Shown one piece after another: positions 36,382 through 46,675 of a stretch of DNA of 64,000 nt (positions are counted from its first letter, which is position 1; each line of letters begins with the position of its first letter). A program made the translations under genes and the position numbers. The stretch spans positions 1 through 64,000 of the IMG/VR virus record IMGVR_UViG_3300008954_003475. The stretch is one strand, 5' to 3'. The notes under the pieces were generated by a model, which searched no databases, was not told the DNA's origin, and saw only the letters and a program-made list of their open reading frames with translations.

Positions 36382-37318
36382 TTCTAAGGCCTTTAGTTAT
36401 AAATTTTTCATATAAAGACTTTGCTCTTGAATTTGCAAAATGATTTTCATTTGCATATTTTAATATTTTATTATAATTTGCGCTTTGTTGACTCATTGCC
36501 CTCGCCTTTGCTACCATCTCCCTCTTTCCTAAAAATACTTTTCCTAAAAATGGATTCTCTCTAACCAATTTTGCCTCAGGGACTGTAGCCTCTACCAAAA
36601 CTGGGATGCCGCATCCTATATATTCAAAAAACTTAGATGAACTTTCTATTTGAATTTTTTTGCTGTCCAAACTATAAACAGAGGGTGCAAATCCAATTTT
36701 ATAACCCTTTCTGTTTAAAAGCCTATATAAGCCATTGTGATCAACTGGCTCTACAATATTTGCTAAATTAAATCTTCTTTGTAAAAATTTAAGATTCTCT
36801 CTAGACTTCTTATCTTTATTATGAAATCTTAAAATATCGCCTTTATACCAATATTTTATTGGCAAAATATCTACGTTTATATTCTTAGATAAAATAATAA
36901 GCTTTTTCTCTATTTGTCCCGTAACTCTGCCTAAAAAAATCAATCCCTTTCTGTCTTTATTCAATTCTGCTTCAGATAATTTAATACCCTGGCAATAATT
37001 CAGCATTCTAAATTGATTTTTATGTTTTATTTTATCTGACAAAGTTGTTGAGCAATAATCTGTAGCCCATGATACAACAGGTTTTGCTTCAGAAAAATTA
37101 AGAATACGATTAGCATTAATCTTTCTTTTTGGGACAAACCTATCACATATTGCAAAATCATATTTTATATTATAATTATTTACTTCATATTTAAAATCAA
37201 TAAAATTATTTAACTCATCTAAAATTTTAAATATCTTACAAGGAGAGTTGTGAATACAGCTAAATCTATCTTTTTCTTCTTTATATTTTGTAAAAATACC
37301 TATACTGTAAACCCTCAT
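36374..37318 (-). CDS. Divergent GT-B glycosyltransferase-like protein
   Basis: FLGRV, SSKFFEYIGCGIPVL (GT4-type C-terminal motif). Confidence 0.55.
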   Translation of the reverse strand: MRVYSIGIFTKYKEEKDRFSCIHNSPCKIFKILDELNNFIDFKYEVNNYNIKYDFAICDRFVPKRKINANRILNFSEAKPVVSWATDYCSTTLSDKIKHKNQFRMLNYCQGIKLSEAELNKDRKGLIFLGRVTGQIEKKLIILSKNINVDILPIKYWYKGDILRFHNKDKKSRENLKFLQRRFNLANIVEPVDHNGLYRLLNRKGYKIGFAPSVYSLDSKKIQIESSSKFFEYIGCGIPVLVEATVPEAKLVRENPFLGKVFLGKREMVAKARAMSQQSANYNKILKYANENHFANSRAKSLYEKFITKGLRSE

Positions 37319-38247
37319 CGCTTAACGCCCTCGAACACTCTTTCCCACCTTTCTAAGTAATCTTTTATATGAAAATATTTTTTTGCCTGTTCTCTTCCGG
37401 CGAGCCCCATCTCTTCTTGTAATGATTTAGATTCTAATATTTTATTACAATATTTCAACATATCTGTTTTATTGTTTGCAAAAAAACAATTTATACCATG
37501 TTTTAAATATTTATCTATTCCATAATTATTGGTCGTAACCACAGGAGTCCCACACATAAGGGCCTCGGCCCTTGTTCTGGGCATAGCGCTTTTTGTTGTT
37601 GTATTGAGAAAAGCACTATATTTATTATAATGCCGAACCAAGCCCTCTAGGCCAAAATTACCAATAGATTCTCTTAAACTTTTATTGCCATGACCGATAA
37701 GATCGCACTTCTCCAATTGATTGGAGACCCATCTCCACTCATCAAACCCTAATAATGCGCCTCTTCTTTTAAAAACATTACCTGCGCTAAGAATCCTGCC
37801 ATTTCTTTTAAGGTTTAATAAACCAAACTCATTTGGATCAAAGCCATGAGGTATATAAAAATGTTTTTTACCGGACAATTCTCTTCTAAAGTTATCCATA
37901 GAAACTTTAGAATTCCAAACGCAACACTTCACCCATCTTGGAACATTGAATGGAGTATGTGTCTGCATAACCGCTATTCCCGGCAACCTTCTAGATCTTC
38001 CATGCCTAAAGATGTCATATATCTTTGGATTCACGCCCACCCTGACTATGATTACATCAAACCTTTTTCTTCTAACATCTTTTTCCCTAATATAATTTAC
38101 ATTCTTATTCGCTGGCCTATTGAGATCCTCAGGAGTTGGCGCTGTTCCGTTTAAATTTGTACAATAAAAATCATGACCTGTTTTGAAAAACTCATACTGA
38201 TGTCCGCCGTGTACCAGCCAATCCATAATTTTTAATTTTTTTAACAT
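37315..38247 (-). CDS. GT-B (GT4-like) glycosyltransferase
   Basis: HGGHQYE, IPHGFD, AMPRTRAEALMCGTPVVTT. Confidence 0.82.
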   Translation of the reverse strand: MLKKLKIMDWLVHGGHQYEFFKTGHDFYCTNLNGTAPTPEDLNRPANKNVNYIREKDVRRKRFDVIIVRVGVNPKIYDIFRHGRSRRLPGIAVMQTHTPFNVPRWVKCCVWNSKVSMDNFRRELSGKKHFYIPHGFDPNEFGLLNLKRNGRILSAGNVFKRRGALLGFDEWRWVSNQLEKCDLIGHGNKSLRESIGNFGLEGLVRHYNKYSAFLNTTTKSAMPRTRAEALMCGTPVVTTNNYGIDKYLKHGINCFFANNKTDMLKYCNKILESKSLQEEMGLAGREQAKKYFHIKDYLERWERVFEGVKR

Positions 38248-39368
38248 TATAAAAACCTTTTAAATCTATTTTTTGATAAAATTTGTTCAATCCTTAAGGC
38301 ACAAGAATTTACATCCAAAGAGGCCGCTAGCTTCTTTGCGTTTTCCAACTTATATAAATCACTATTTTTATTCTCAAAAACCGTCCTCATCAACGATCTA
38401 AGGTGTGTAACGCTGGGGTTCGCCCACATTTGATATGATCCATACCAAGGATTCCAATCCATCCTTTTTACCGGCCCGAGCTTATGTTTTATGATACTAG
38501 CATTATCATCATTTAGAAGCTCTGTTATGCCGCCAAATTTTGTAGTTATTACCTTGCTGTCACACAGCATAGCATCATGTATCGGCATCCCCCAGCCCTC
38601 TCCGTGATGCGGCAAAACAAAGGCATCACACAGCTTGTGAAGACCCATCAGATGCTCTCTGCTAATATGCTTCATCATTAAAAATATTTTTGGCAAATCT
38701 TTTTTATTTGCCATTCTTTTTGCTTTTAATATATCAAACTTAATCTTTGAAAGGCCATGCCTTTCTATATTTATTGGATTTACTTTTAATATCAATATTA
38801 CATTATCATTTTCACCAAACTCTTCATAATACGCCCTTAAAAGCTCTCTATATCCCTTTCTTTCATTCCATTGAAATACAGAATAAAATTTAAAAGTTTC
38901 TTCGGATAAAACTAACTCCCTTGTTACAGGAGAAGGTATTTGAACATTATGATAATCAATATTTATATCACAAGGTGTATGCAAAATCTCAACAGGACCT
39001 TTGAATCCAGCTTTAAGACAAGCTTTTCTAGTAAGCTCACACGGTGCCCATATCTCATCAAGATTATTTCTAATATCTTTCGCCCACGATTTCGGAAGAA
39101 CATTTGCTTCCCAATAAAAATATCCAATTTTATAATTTTTAGATATATGTTTACCAAATGGTGGCGTATGTATATAGAAATCAACACTTGTTTCACCGGC
39201 ATGATTATTTAAGCTATTTTTCATACCTTTATTTTTTCCACTTATCTCAAACCTGGTTAAAACATTTGATTTTGAAAACGCTAAACACATATTTGTTGTT
39301 GCATTTCCATACCCACTTGTCCAATAAGGCTTTCCAAAAAATCTAACTGCTGGCAAATTATTTTTCAC
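38247..39368 (-). CDS. GT-B (GT4-like) glycosyltransferase
   Basis: SGYGNA, GYFYWE, FQWNERKGY, PHHGEGWGMPIHDAM. Confidence 0.85.
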   Translation of the reverse strand: MKNNLPAVRFFGKPYWTSGYGNATTNMCLAFSKSNVLTRFEISGKNKGMKNSLNNHAGETSVDFYIHTPPFGKHISKNYKIGYFYWEANVLPKSWAKDIRNNLDEIWAPCELTRKACLKAGFKGPVEILHTPCDINIDYHNVQIPSPVTRELVLSEETFKFYSVFQWNERKGYRELLRAYYEEFGENDNVILILKVNPINIERHGLSKIKFDILKAKRMANKKDLPKIFLMMKHISREHLMGLHKLCDAFVLPHHGEGWGMPIHDAMLCDSKVITTKFGGITELLNDDNASIIKHKLGPVKRMDWNPWYGSYQMWANPSVTHLRSLMRTVFENKNSDLYKLENAKKLAASLDVNSCALRIEQILSKNRFKRFL

Positions 39369-40891
39369 TATATATACTCTCCAACCATCAATTCTGCATC
39401 GCTATCTCTTTCTTCAAAATTAGGTAAATTATTAATTATTTTTTCAAAAAATTTATTAGATATAGTTTCAATATTATGATTATCTATAACATATTCTCTT
39501 AAATTTTGACAATAATTTGACATATTAACCTGGGCCCCGACAAGCTCTCTATCGCCCTCTAAAGAGCCGCTTAATATGTTGAAATTATCTAAACTAGCAA
39601 AATTATTTGCTATTTGTCCTACGCCCGTTGAATAAATCGGCAAACAGCAAGACATTGCCTCCAGAATAGATATTGGAGTTCCTTCCATTTTTGACGTTAA
39701 CAAAAAAGCATCAAAGATATTGTAAAAATCACTAACATTATTCTTTTGACCTAAAAACAAAACATTATCAATATTATGCTCCTTTGCAAACGCTTTTAGT
39801 TTGCCCTCTTGGGGCCCAGAACCAACAATTAGCAGGCGAATATCTTCCAGACCCTTAACGAGTCTTAATGCATATTCAATGTTCTTTTCCGGAGAAAGCC
39901 TGGCGACCATCCCAAATGCCGTTTCTCCTCTAATTCCCAACTCTTTTCTTAACTCTCTGTTTTCTCTTCTTATAAAAACACTGGTATCAATTCCAACTGG
40001 CATTAAGATCTTATTTTTATCTAAAACACCAACAATATCCTTCGTCAATTCTTCGCTTACTTTGAAAATATTATCAACACCTGATCTGCTTCTTGTGTTT
40101 GCAACAGCATCACCCCAAATAAAATCACTATGGTATATCTCAACAACTTTTGCTGTTATTTTCTTGCTTTCTTTTAACTTCGAAATAACATCATATATCT
40201 TTTTGCTATTATAAAAAATAACTGTATCATAATTATGAGATATAAGAGTTGCTGATAAACGATCTAATGTTCTAATGAGCTTATGCTTTATATTTGGATT
40301 TGATAATTCAAATTCTAATTTATTTTTTGATAAATACAAAAAATCTATATGAAACATATCTTTAGTTTTAGAGAAAATATTTTTAATATAGACTTCTCCG
40401 CCGCCATATATGCCATAGGGTATAATAACTGCAATTTTCTTATTAAAAGATATATTTTGCATATAAAGCTCCATCTGCCTAACTTCGTCCAACCGTTTCT
40501 CTTTTGGTTTTTTTATTATAGGCTTAATAATTCTATCATCACTTACGACAACTCTTCCCAATTCTATTCTTCCAAATGAATTTTTTGATCTTGATATTTC
40601 AATTATACAATTATCAATATTTTCTTTACATTCAAAAGAATATTCGGACCAAGAACTTTTTGTAAACTTTATTTCTTTTTGAAAAAATATCTCTCCACTT
40701 TTCTTTTTAATATATAACTTTAATATCCCATTTCCTGAAATCTTTTTACCAATTATTTTTATTTTTGCATTTTTAAAACTTAAAATATCTGTAGACAAAC
40801 TTGACTTTGCAGACATTACAATGTTTTTATCTACAAAGCTAACTCCAGAAGACTTCCATTTAATATTATTATATGAATCTAATATTTTCAT
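39368..40891 (-). CDS. GT4 glycosyltransferase with extra N-terminal beta-rich domain
   Basis: GGGEVY, VARLSPEKN, IVGSGP, TSKMEGTPISILEAM; ~150-aa N-terminal extension. Confidence 0.85.
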   Translation of the reverse strand: MKILDSYNNIKWKSSGVSFVDKNIVMSAKSSLSTDILSFKNAKIKIIGKKISGNGILKLYIKKKSGEIFFQKEIKFTKSSWSEYSFECKENIDNCIIEISRSKNSFGRIELGRVVVSDDRIIKPIIKKPKEKRLDEVRQMELYMQNISFNKKIAVIIPYGIYGGGEVYIKNIFSKTKDMFHIDFLYLSKNKLEFELSNPNIKHKLIRTLDRLSATLISHNYDTVIFYNSKKIYDVISKLKESKKITAKVVEIYHSDFIWGDAVANTRSRSGVDNIFKVSEELTKDIVGVLDKNKILMPVGIDTSVFIRRENRELRKELGIRGETAFGMVARLSPEKNIEYALRLVKGLEDIRLLIVGSGPQEGKLKAFAKEHNIDNVLFLGQKNNVSDFYNIFDAFLLTSKMEGTPISILEAMSCCLPIYSTGVGQIANNFASLDNFNILSGSLEGDRELVGAQVNMSNYCQNLREYVIDNHNIETISNKFFEKIINNLPNFEERDSDAELMVGEYI

Positions 40892-42057
40892 AAAATATCC
40901 AAGATCTGTTTGGCCGCCCTCTCCCAGGTAAACAGCTTCACTGTTTTGTTAGACTCCTTTTTTAAACTCTTCTTTATATCTTTATAGTTCTCATATGCTT
41001 TTGTCATGGTTTCAGACAATGCATCTATATCTGGAATATAAGTTTTGGCCCCAGGAGATGGTCTCCAATATTGATATTTGTCTGTGGCATCAATTTCTTT
41101 TACATCAACTAATAATGAATTTTTATCATTTAAAAAATCTAACTGACCAGTACACCTTGGCGCTATAACGATCATGCCTGCGGCCAAACCCTCCAGCAAT
41201 GGTAGTCCAAACCCTTCAGAAGAAGAGGCGCTAACAAGACATTCGCAAGAATTATATAACGGAACCATGCTTTCGTATCGATGCTGAACAACCTCCACCT
41301 GAGGCAGCCTTCTGCCTTTATGCTTTTTCTGTATTTTAAGAATTTCTTTAACAACATCACATTCAAACCTATATTTTGGCTCATTCAACTTTACTTTCAG
41401 CAAAAGACATACATCATCATCGTCTGTAAATGCACTATAATATGCATCAACAAGCAAATCTATATTCTTTCTATAATGAGGTATAGAGACGTTTAAAAAC
41501 TTAAATTTTCTCTTTGTCTTAAGATTATCAACTTTTGCTTTATTCTTAAAATCCTGAGGATTAATACCATGAGGTACAACTATACATTTTTCTTCTGGCC
41601 ATCCGGCATTTACAAAAATCTCTTTTGAAAAATTACTGGAAGGTAAAGCATAATCTACATGTTGAATTTCTTTTGACCAAACTTTTGGCAAAATACTTGT
41701 TTCATAATTGTAAATTGCTAATTTTAATTTAGAATTTTTATTAAATCTATATTTAAAATTTCTAGGCAATGTATAAGTGAGATCAATATCCGCATTTATA
41801 CCCTCCCTGCAAAGCTCCATCCAATCTTTTGGAAACAAATTATATTTATTTGTACTATTTAAAAACAAATCATGGCCCATTAAGTGAAATTCTCTTAATA
41901 AGCTGCGCATAGTGACCGCCCAACTATGGGAAGTGCCAAGCATCGATTCTGCTCTAATTCTTAATGTGTCCATGGTATGAGAATTATACCAAATAATGCT
42001 TTGTTTTTTTATAAAACTATGGCAAATGGAAGTAGCATGGGAACGGTCCTTCGACAA
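40888..42057 (-). CDS. GT-B (GT4-like) glycosyltransferase (likely true start ATG 41973)
   Basis: YNYETS, VVPHG, PHYRKN, ASSSEGFGLPLLEGL; the MDTLRIR start follows TGGTATAAT and removes the 41-nt overlap with the upstream gene. Confidence 0.87.
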   Translation of the reverse strand: MSKDRSHATSICHSFIKKQSIIWYNSHTMDTLRIRAESMLGTSHSWAVTMRSLLREFHLMGHDLFLNSTNKYNLFPKDWMELCREGINADIDLTYTLPRNFKYRFNKNSKLKLAIYNYETSILPKVWSKEIQHVDYALPSSNFSKEIFVNAGWPEEKCIVVPHGINPQDFKNKAKVDNLKTKRKFKFLNVSIPHYRKNIDLLVDAYYSAFTDDDDVCLLLKVKLNEPKYRFECDVVKEILKIQKKHKGRRLPQVEVVQHRYESMVPLYNSCECLVSASSSEGFGLPLLEGLAAGMIVIAPRCTGQLDFLNDKNSLLVDVKEIDATDKYQYWRPSPGAKTYIPDIDALSETMTKAYENYKDIKKSLKKESNKTVKLFTWERAAKQILDIL

Positions 42058-45000
42058 AGGTTCCGGTTGCTGTACTGCCCGCTATGAAGAAGCACAGATC
42101 ATCATCTTCAAAGTCTGTTTCTTCAACACACACTCCTATGCCTATTCTGCTGAGATCCTTTACACCAACCATTATATCTTCATTTCTGAATCCAGATTTC
42201 TTAAGGTGTACTCCAAATTGCAAAACCGTTCTATTTGAATCATTCAATGTATCATATAATATATTTTTGGTTTGCAATGTAGCAATTCCGGTTGTTGCGT
42301 CCAAACTGACACCAACCTTGAATATAACCCCGGTTGTTACCTCTTCATATTCTATCTCAAAAGACATCTCTGGAGATATAGACATAGCAGTCTCCGCAGA
42401 GCCGCTAGGTTCTATAATTAAAGCTTTATAAAAACCAGGCAGATGTCCAGCTTGTGATAAAAAGTACAATGCCAAGGTAGTGATGTCAACATCTATGGTG
42501 CCGCCAGAGACTAACTCTCCAGGCTGAAAAGTAACAACGAAAGAATCATTGTCTTCTAACGGATAATCTATTACCGTACCTAAGTTGTCTGCATTTAATA
42601 TGTTATATGGAATTATATTATAATCCTCTGCACCGTCTGCAGCCGAAACAGACTCTGTCGTAGTTATAGATAATGTTGCCCCTATAACATTAGTCCTCTG
42701 TGTTAACATCAGAGGGAAGGCGACAGTGGCTCTGTTTATCAAAGAGTCAGAGTCTCTACTTATATCTATAGATGCCTCTTCCAAGTCTGACGAAGAAGAA
42801 TATCCGTGTCTCATAACCAAACTATGCAATGTGCCGGTGAACTGAACTGGATAAGTTGGATATGCATATTGTGCAAGCTCAAAAGATACGCTGGCATCTC
42901 CGGCTCCGGGCTGAACGTCTGGAGTTTCTCCTATTCTTATAAACTGACCTGTTATATTGTCTGTTGAATCTATCAAAGTATCATCATAATACATTGCAAA
43001 AACAGCCTCATCAATTCTTCTTAATCTAAATATTATTTCATCATTTAAATCATCCGCAGCATCTATAGAAAAGTCGAAATCACTTACAACATCGCCATCG
43101 GCATCGCCAAGCGTTATAACTCCATTATAAAACATCTCTGTAGCACCACTTCCCGACAATCTCCATCCGAACTTAAGGACGGATGTTGTTTCGGCATTGG
43201 TAATAGTTATTGTCGTAAAAAATGCAATCTTTCCATGGACAAGAGTACTGTCATCCCAAACTGTTCGCGACATTACAAAATCAATAATAAAATCACCCGA
43301 TAATTCGCTGTCGATTATAGTTGGGACCGAAGGATAATCTAGTTTTGCATATCTCTCATCAGCATTAATTGTCGATAATACAAAAACCGCTGGCTCATTT
43401 GGTCCAGAAAGTGCAGTTACAAAGGCGTCTGACGATGGACTGTCAGAGGCATCTTGCCACTGATTAAAACCATTATCATCAGGATATGTAAAGTCTGTAA
43501 AAGACTCTGATATAACCTCTTCAGAGTCAGCGGCCTCTGTTTCGTCGGCATATCCGTCTACAGCATATCCGTCTACAAAGGCATCTACGTAAAGGCTGGA
43601 AATACACTGACTAAACTTTATTCTGCCTTTTGTCAAATCAGTTTCTGAACCAGAATCTTCGCACCCAACATATGTTCCGTCCGAAAACTTCATAGCAGGA
43701 TATCCCGATTCTGTTTCGCAGGTTCCAGATTCAGCTTTTATAAAATTTGTATATAAATCAATTTGGCAGTCATCAACAGTCCCTGGAGGAAGCGGAATAG
43801 TTATCGTAGAAAACTCTATATCTCCATGATATGGAACTCCAGGTTCCTTGTATATTTCGCCATTCGGTATAAACAAATCATTTGCCAAAACCTTTTGGTT
43901 TTTATAGATAGGAGCGCAATCGCCCTCCTCCATACAGACTTCCTCGTCACAAACACATGATTCTTCATACTCTTCTGTAAAGTTTGTTTCCGAATATCTT
44001 CTTAGATCACATATATCAAGAAAGGTATCATCATGCGGTGCTCCAATATATGTTATTGACCAATTTTTTTCTTCAAATGGTACATTTAAAAGCTTCATAT
44101 TATCGGAATAGGTATTTACCCTGGTCCCGCTTACAATAACAACGTCCCCTAAATCACTAGAGCCAACAAAGGCTACTGCCTCTCCGTCTGTATCTGTAAC
44201 GGACAACTCCACACTTACTCCGTCTGTATCTACTGTCTTGGAATATATAACATATGTGCCAGCAGACGATCCGGAAGATATTGTTATCTGATCCCCAACC
44301 CTCAGGGACAAAGCTTCATTTTCCGTCTCTACCGCAAAACTAACAGTGTCCTCTCCATCGGCTGTGGCCGGAGTGCTTAAAACGCCCCAATCGGAAAATT
44401 CTGCAGAATCAAATAGCGTTGGAAAGTCATCTTCTTCTAAAACATTTTCCAACTTTAATCTTAATACATTAAATGATTCATCTAAGGTGAAATTTACATA
44501 TCCATCTATTGCATCTTCTATAAGCTCTATATCAGAACCATCTACCGTATCATCTTCGTTCAAATCAGCCTGAATAAATGTAACCAAGTCAAGCTCTCCG
44601 CCTAGAATCTTGCGCTCTGTGGTTTCTGTGTTTATTGTGTTACCAACCACATTGAGTAACTCCATTATATCATTAGAAGTTAACTCTTTATCATTATCTA
44701 AGTCTCCAGCATACATTTTGTCGCATATGACACTAACAATTCTATATCTAGAATTACATTCGCAATCTAAATCTGGAATAATAACTCTATTTATTAGATT
44801 TGAAGTTAACAGCTCAGAACTTGGCTCTATAAATACGATTTCATCATTGCCAATATAACCCGGCTTGTCGAAAACTCCCGTTATATCCTGTGCTTCTCTT
44901 ACATTTTTATCCTTTACTCTGGCCAATAAAACGGGTGGATAATCTTCATCGACCTCTGCCCACTCGCCTGCAGTCATTACTGCTACAGATGGAGCATCTT

Positions 45001-46618
45001 GAATTCTTGTATTAACAAAGTTTCCAGTTCTAGGGTGTGTTGCGGGAGTCTCAAAGTTATCTTGCCGCTGCAATACAAGCAGGTTTTCAGTTCCTTCCGA
45101 AACGTCACTCAATGATATATTTCTCAAAAAATAAGACACTTCGGTACTTCCAACGTAATCAACAGTTTTTGGAAGAATTACTGGAAAACCATCTTCGGTA
45201 TATGCTATACCGTCTGTAACCTCTACTGTGTCAGAGTGAACTGCAAACCAAAGTGACGAATCTGAATCATCGACATATACTAAATTATTTGGATCATATT
45301 CAAAAAATCTAGTTGTTTGCTTGTCAAAGCTTTCGAGGACGTTCAGCGTTTGACCATTATCAGTCTTTCTTGAGGGTCTGTCGTAACCTTTCTGCATCAC
45401 AACCGTACCGGTCCTGTTGTCTCCCCGCCTGCTGATAAGTACCGCATAATATTCATCAACATCTAATGATGGTTCAATATTTGGATCAGCGATTAGCGTG
45501 CCAGAGAAGTCAAAGCTTACAACCCGAGGTGTATCATCAAGCTTGACCCCCAATGCTGCAAGATCTGCTTGAGAATATGACATCTCAATAATAGGAGAAG
45601 GGTCAGGGTCAAAGTCTATCAAGTTGTCAGGGGCTGGATCAGTTATGCAACTTATATCGGTTGATAACTTGTGAATTGAAATAACTATATCGCCTGAAAA
45701 ATCATACTCAAGCCCAGAACTTGCATCCTCATCTTCCGAAACAGAAAGTAGTAAATCAATTTTTTGAATATTATTTGCTTTTGCTAAAAACTTCTGTCCA
45801 TAAGTAGTGGTTTGGTCTCCATCTACTTCAAAATAAATCTCCTCTTCCGACTCTAATTCGAAATACAAATCATTAAAATTATATATAGAACCAAGACCTG
45901 TTTTTATTTCATCCTCAATAGACAAATCTGCACTAGAGGTTATAAAGTTTGCAAGATCCATATTTGGAGAATCTGTTTGAAAGGCAGTCTTCGTTCTCGC
46001 AAAGACCTTAAAGGGCTCTGCCTCTCTAAAAACAATTTTTCCACTATCAGAAAGAGTATTTAAGCTTTCCTTTTCTAAACTATGCTCTGTCTTTCCGGTT
46101 CCTCCGGAAAAATTATTAAAAAGTACCGCTATAACGCGTGTATAGTAATGCTCTGTAATCTTTGATATATTTTGCTTAAAGCTTATAACCTCTGAAACAA
46201 GTTCTCCAGAGTCGCTCAGGCTGCTGTATACAGTTCCAAGGATCAAAACCTTAGCTTCGATTCTACCACCAACATCAAGGCCAGAGGCCTCGACCTCTAT
46301 TCTGTTTCCATAAATAATATCACTGGGCTGCCTATCTAAATAGATAGCCCTTCCATCATACTCGCCGGAATCTATAACAAATTCTGATTCATTCTCATCA
46401 TCACTGCTGTCCAAATTACCCGCAGGATCGCTCGTATCTAATAAAACACGGCTTTCAAACAAGCGATCTCTTATGATTCCGCTTCCATGAAAATCCTTTG
46501 TTAAATTAGAAACTAAACCCCTATGGTGAATTTGTTCAGCATCTAAATCAGCCTCTGTTATTCTTTGGCCGTCAAAGAAATTTACTCTGGGAAGTTTTTC
46601 TCTATTAGCCTTTGCCAT
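42017..46618 (-). CDS. Large acidic virion/baseplate-associated protein with dockerin-like Ca-binding pair (1533 aa)
   Basis: N-terminal RVNFFDGQRITEADLDAEQ motif of the kind seen in tail/baseplate proteins; GDLDNDKELTSND and ADLNEDDTVDGSD loops; position downstream of baseplate genes. Confidence 0.6.
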   Translation of the reverse strand: MAKANREKLPRVNFFDGQRITEADLDAEQIHHRGLVSNLTKDFHGSGIIRDRLFESRVLLDTSDPAGNLDSSDDENESEFVIDSGEYDGRAIYLDRQPSDIIYGNRIEVEASGLDVGGRIEAKVLILGTVYSSLSDSGELVSEVISFKQNISKITEHYYTRVIAVLFNNFSGGTGKTEHSLEKESLNTLSDSGKIVFREAEPFKVFARTKTAFQTDSPNMDLANFITSSADLSIEDEIKTGLGSIYNFNDLYFELESEEEIYFEVDGDQTTTYGQKFLAKANNIQKIDLLLSVSEDEDASSGLEYDFSGDIVISIHKLSTDISCITDPAPDNLIDFDPDPSPIIEMSYSQADLAALGVKLDDTPRVVSFDFSGTLIADPNIEPSLDVDEYYAVLISRRGDNRTGTVVMQKGYDRPSRKTDNGQTLNVLESFDKQTTRFFEYDPNNLVYVDDSDSSLWFAVHSDTVEVTDGIAYTEDGFPVILPKTVDYVGSTEVSYFLRNISLSDVSEGTENLLVLQRQDNFETPATHPRTGNFVNTRIQDAPSVAVMTAGEWAEVDEDYPPVLLARVKDKNVREAQDITGVFDKPGYIGNDEIVFIEPSSELLTSNLINRVIIPDLDCECNSRYRIVSVICDKMYAGDLDNDKELTSNDIMELLNVVGNTINTETTERKILGGELDLVTFIQADLNEDDTVDGSDIELIEDAIDGYVNFTLDESFNVLRLKLENVLEEDDFPTLFDSAEFSDWGVLSTPATADGEDTVSFAVETENEALSLRVGDQITISSGSSAGTYVIYSKTVDTDGVSVELSVTDTDGEAVAFVGSSDLGDVVIVSGTRVNTYSDNMKLLNVPFEEKNWSITYIGAPHDDTFLDICDLRRYSETNFTEEYEESCVCDEEVCMEEGDCAPIYKNQKVLANDLFIPNGEIYKEPGVPYHGDIEFSTITIPLPPGTVDDCQIDLYTNFIKAESGTCETESGYPAMKFSDGTYVGCEDSGSETDLTKGRIKFSQCISSLYVDAFVDGYAVDGYADETEAADSEEVISESFTDFTYPDDNGFNQWQDASDSPSSDAFVTALSGPNEPAVFVLSTINADERYAKLDYPSVPTIIDSELSGDFIIDFVMSRTVWDDSTLVHGKIAFFTTITITNAETTSVLKFGWRLSGSGATEMFYNGVITLGDADGDVVSDFDFSIDAADDLNDEIIFRLRRIDEAVFAMYYDDTLIDSTDNITGQFIRIGETPDVQPGAGDASVSFELAQYAYPTYPVQFTGTLHSLVMRHGYSSSSDLEEASIDISRDSDSLINRATVAFPLMLTQRTNVIGATLSITTTESVSAADGAEDYNIIPYNILNADNLGTVIDYPLEDNDSFVVTFQPGELVSGGTIDVDITTLALYFLSQAGHLPGFYKALIIEPSGSAETAMSISPEMSFEIEYEEVTTGVIFKVGVSLDATTGIATLQTKNILYDTLNDSNRTVLQFGVHLKKSGFRNEDIMVGVKDLSRIGIGVCVEETDFEDDDLCFFIAGSTATGTFVEGPFPCYFHLP

Positions 46619-46675
46619 TAAACATCTCCTACCTTTAACCTATATCGATACATCCAAGATTATTAATAGAGCTTA

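Noticed and set aside
10745-42057. Interpretation as a bacterial chromosome segment (prkA operon plus polysaccharide locus)
   Set aside because: These genes are interleaved with baseplate, fibre, endolysin and phage-type replication genes, and there are no housekeeping genes or polysaccharide exporters.
24861-42057. GTs as DNA-hypermodification enzymes
   Set aside because: No hydroxymethylase, thymidylate-synthase-like or other base-modifying gene is present in the window, and the number and diversity of GTs fit glycan assembly better. This is not excluded genome-wide.
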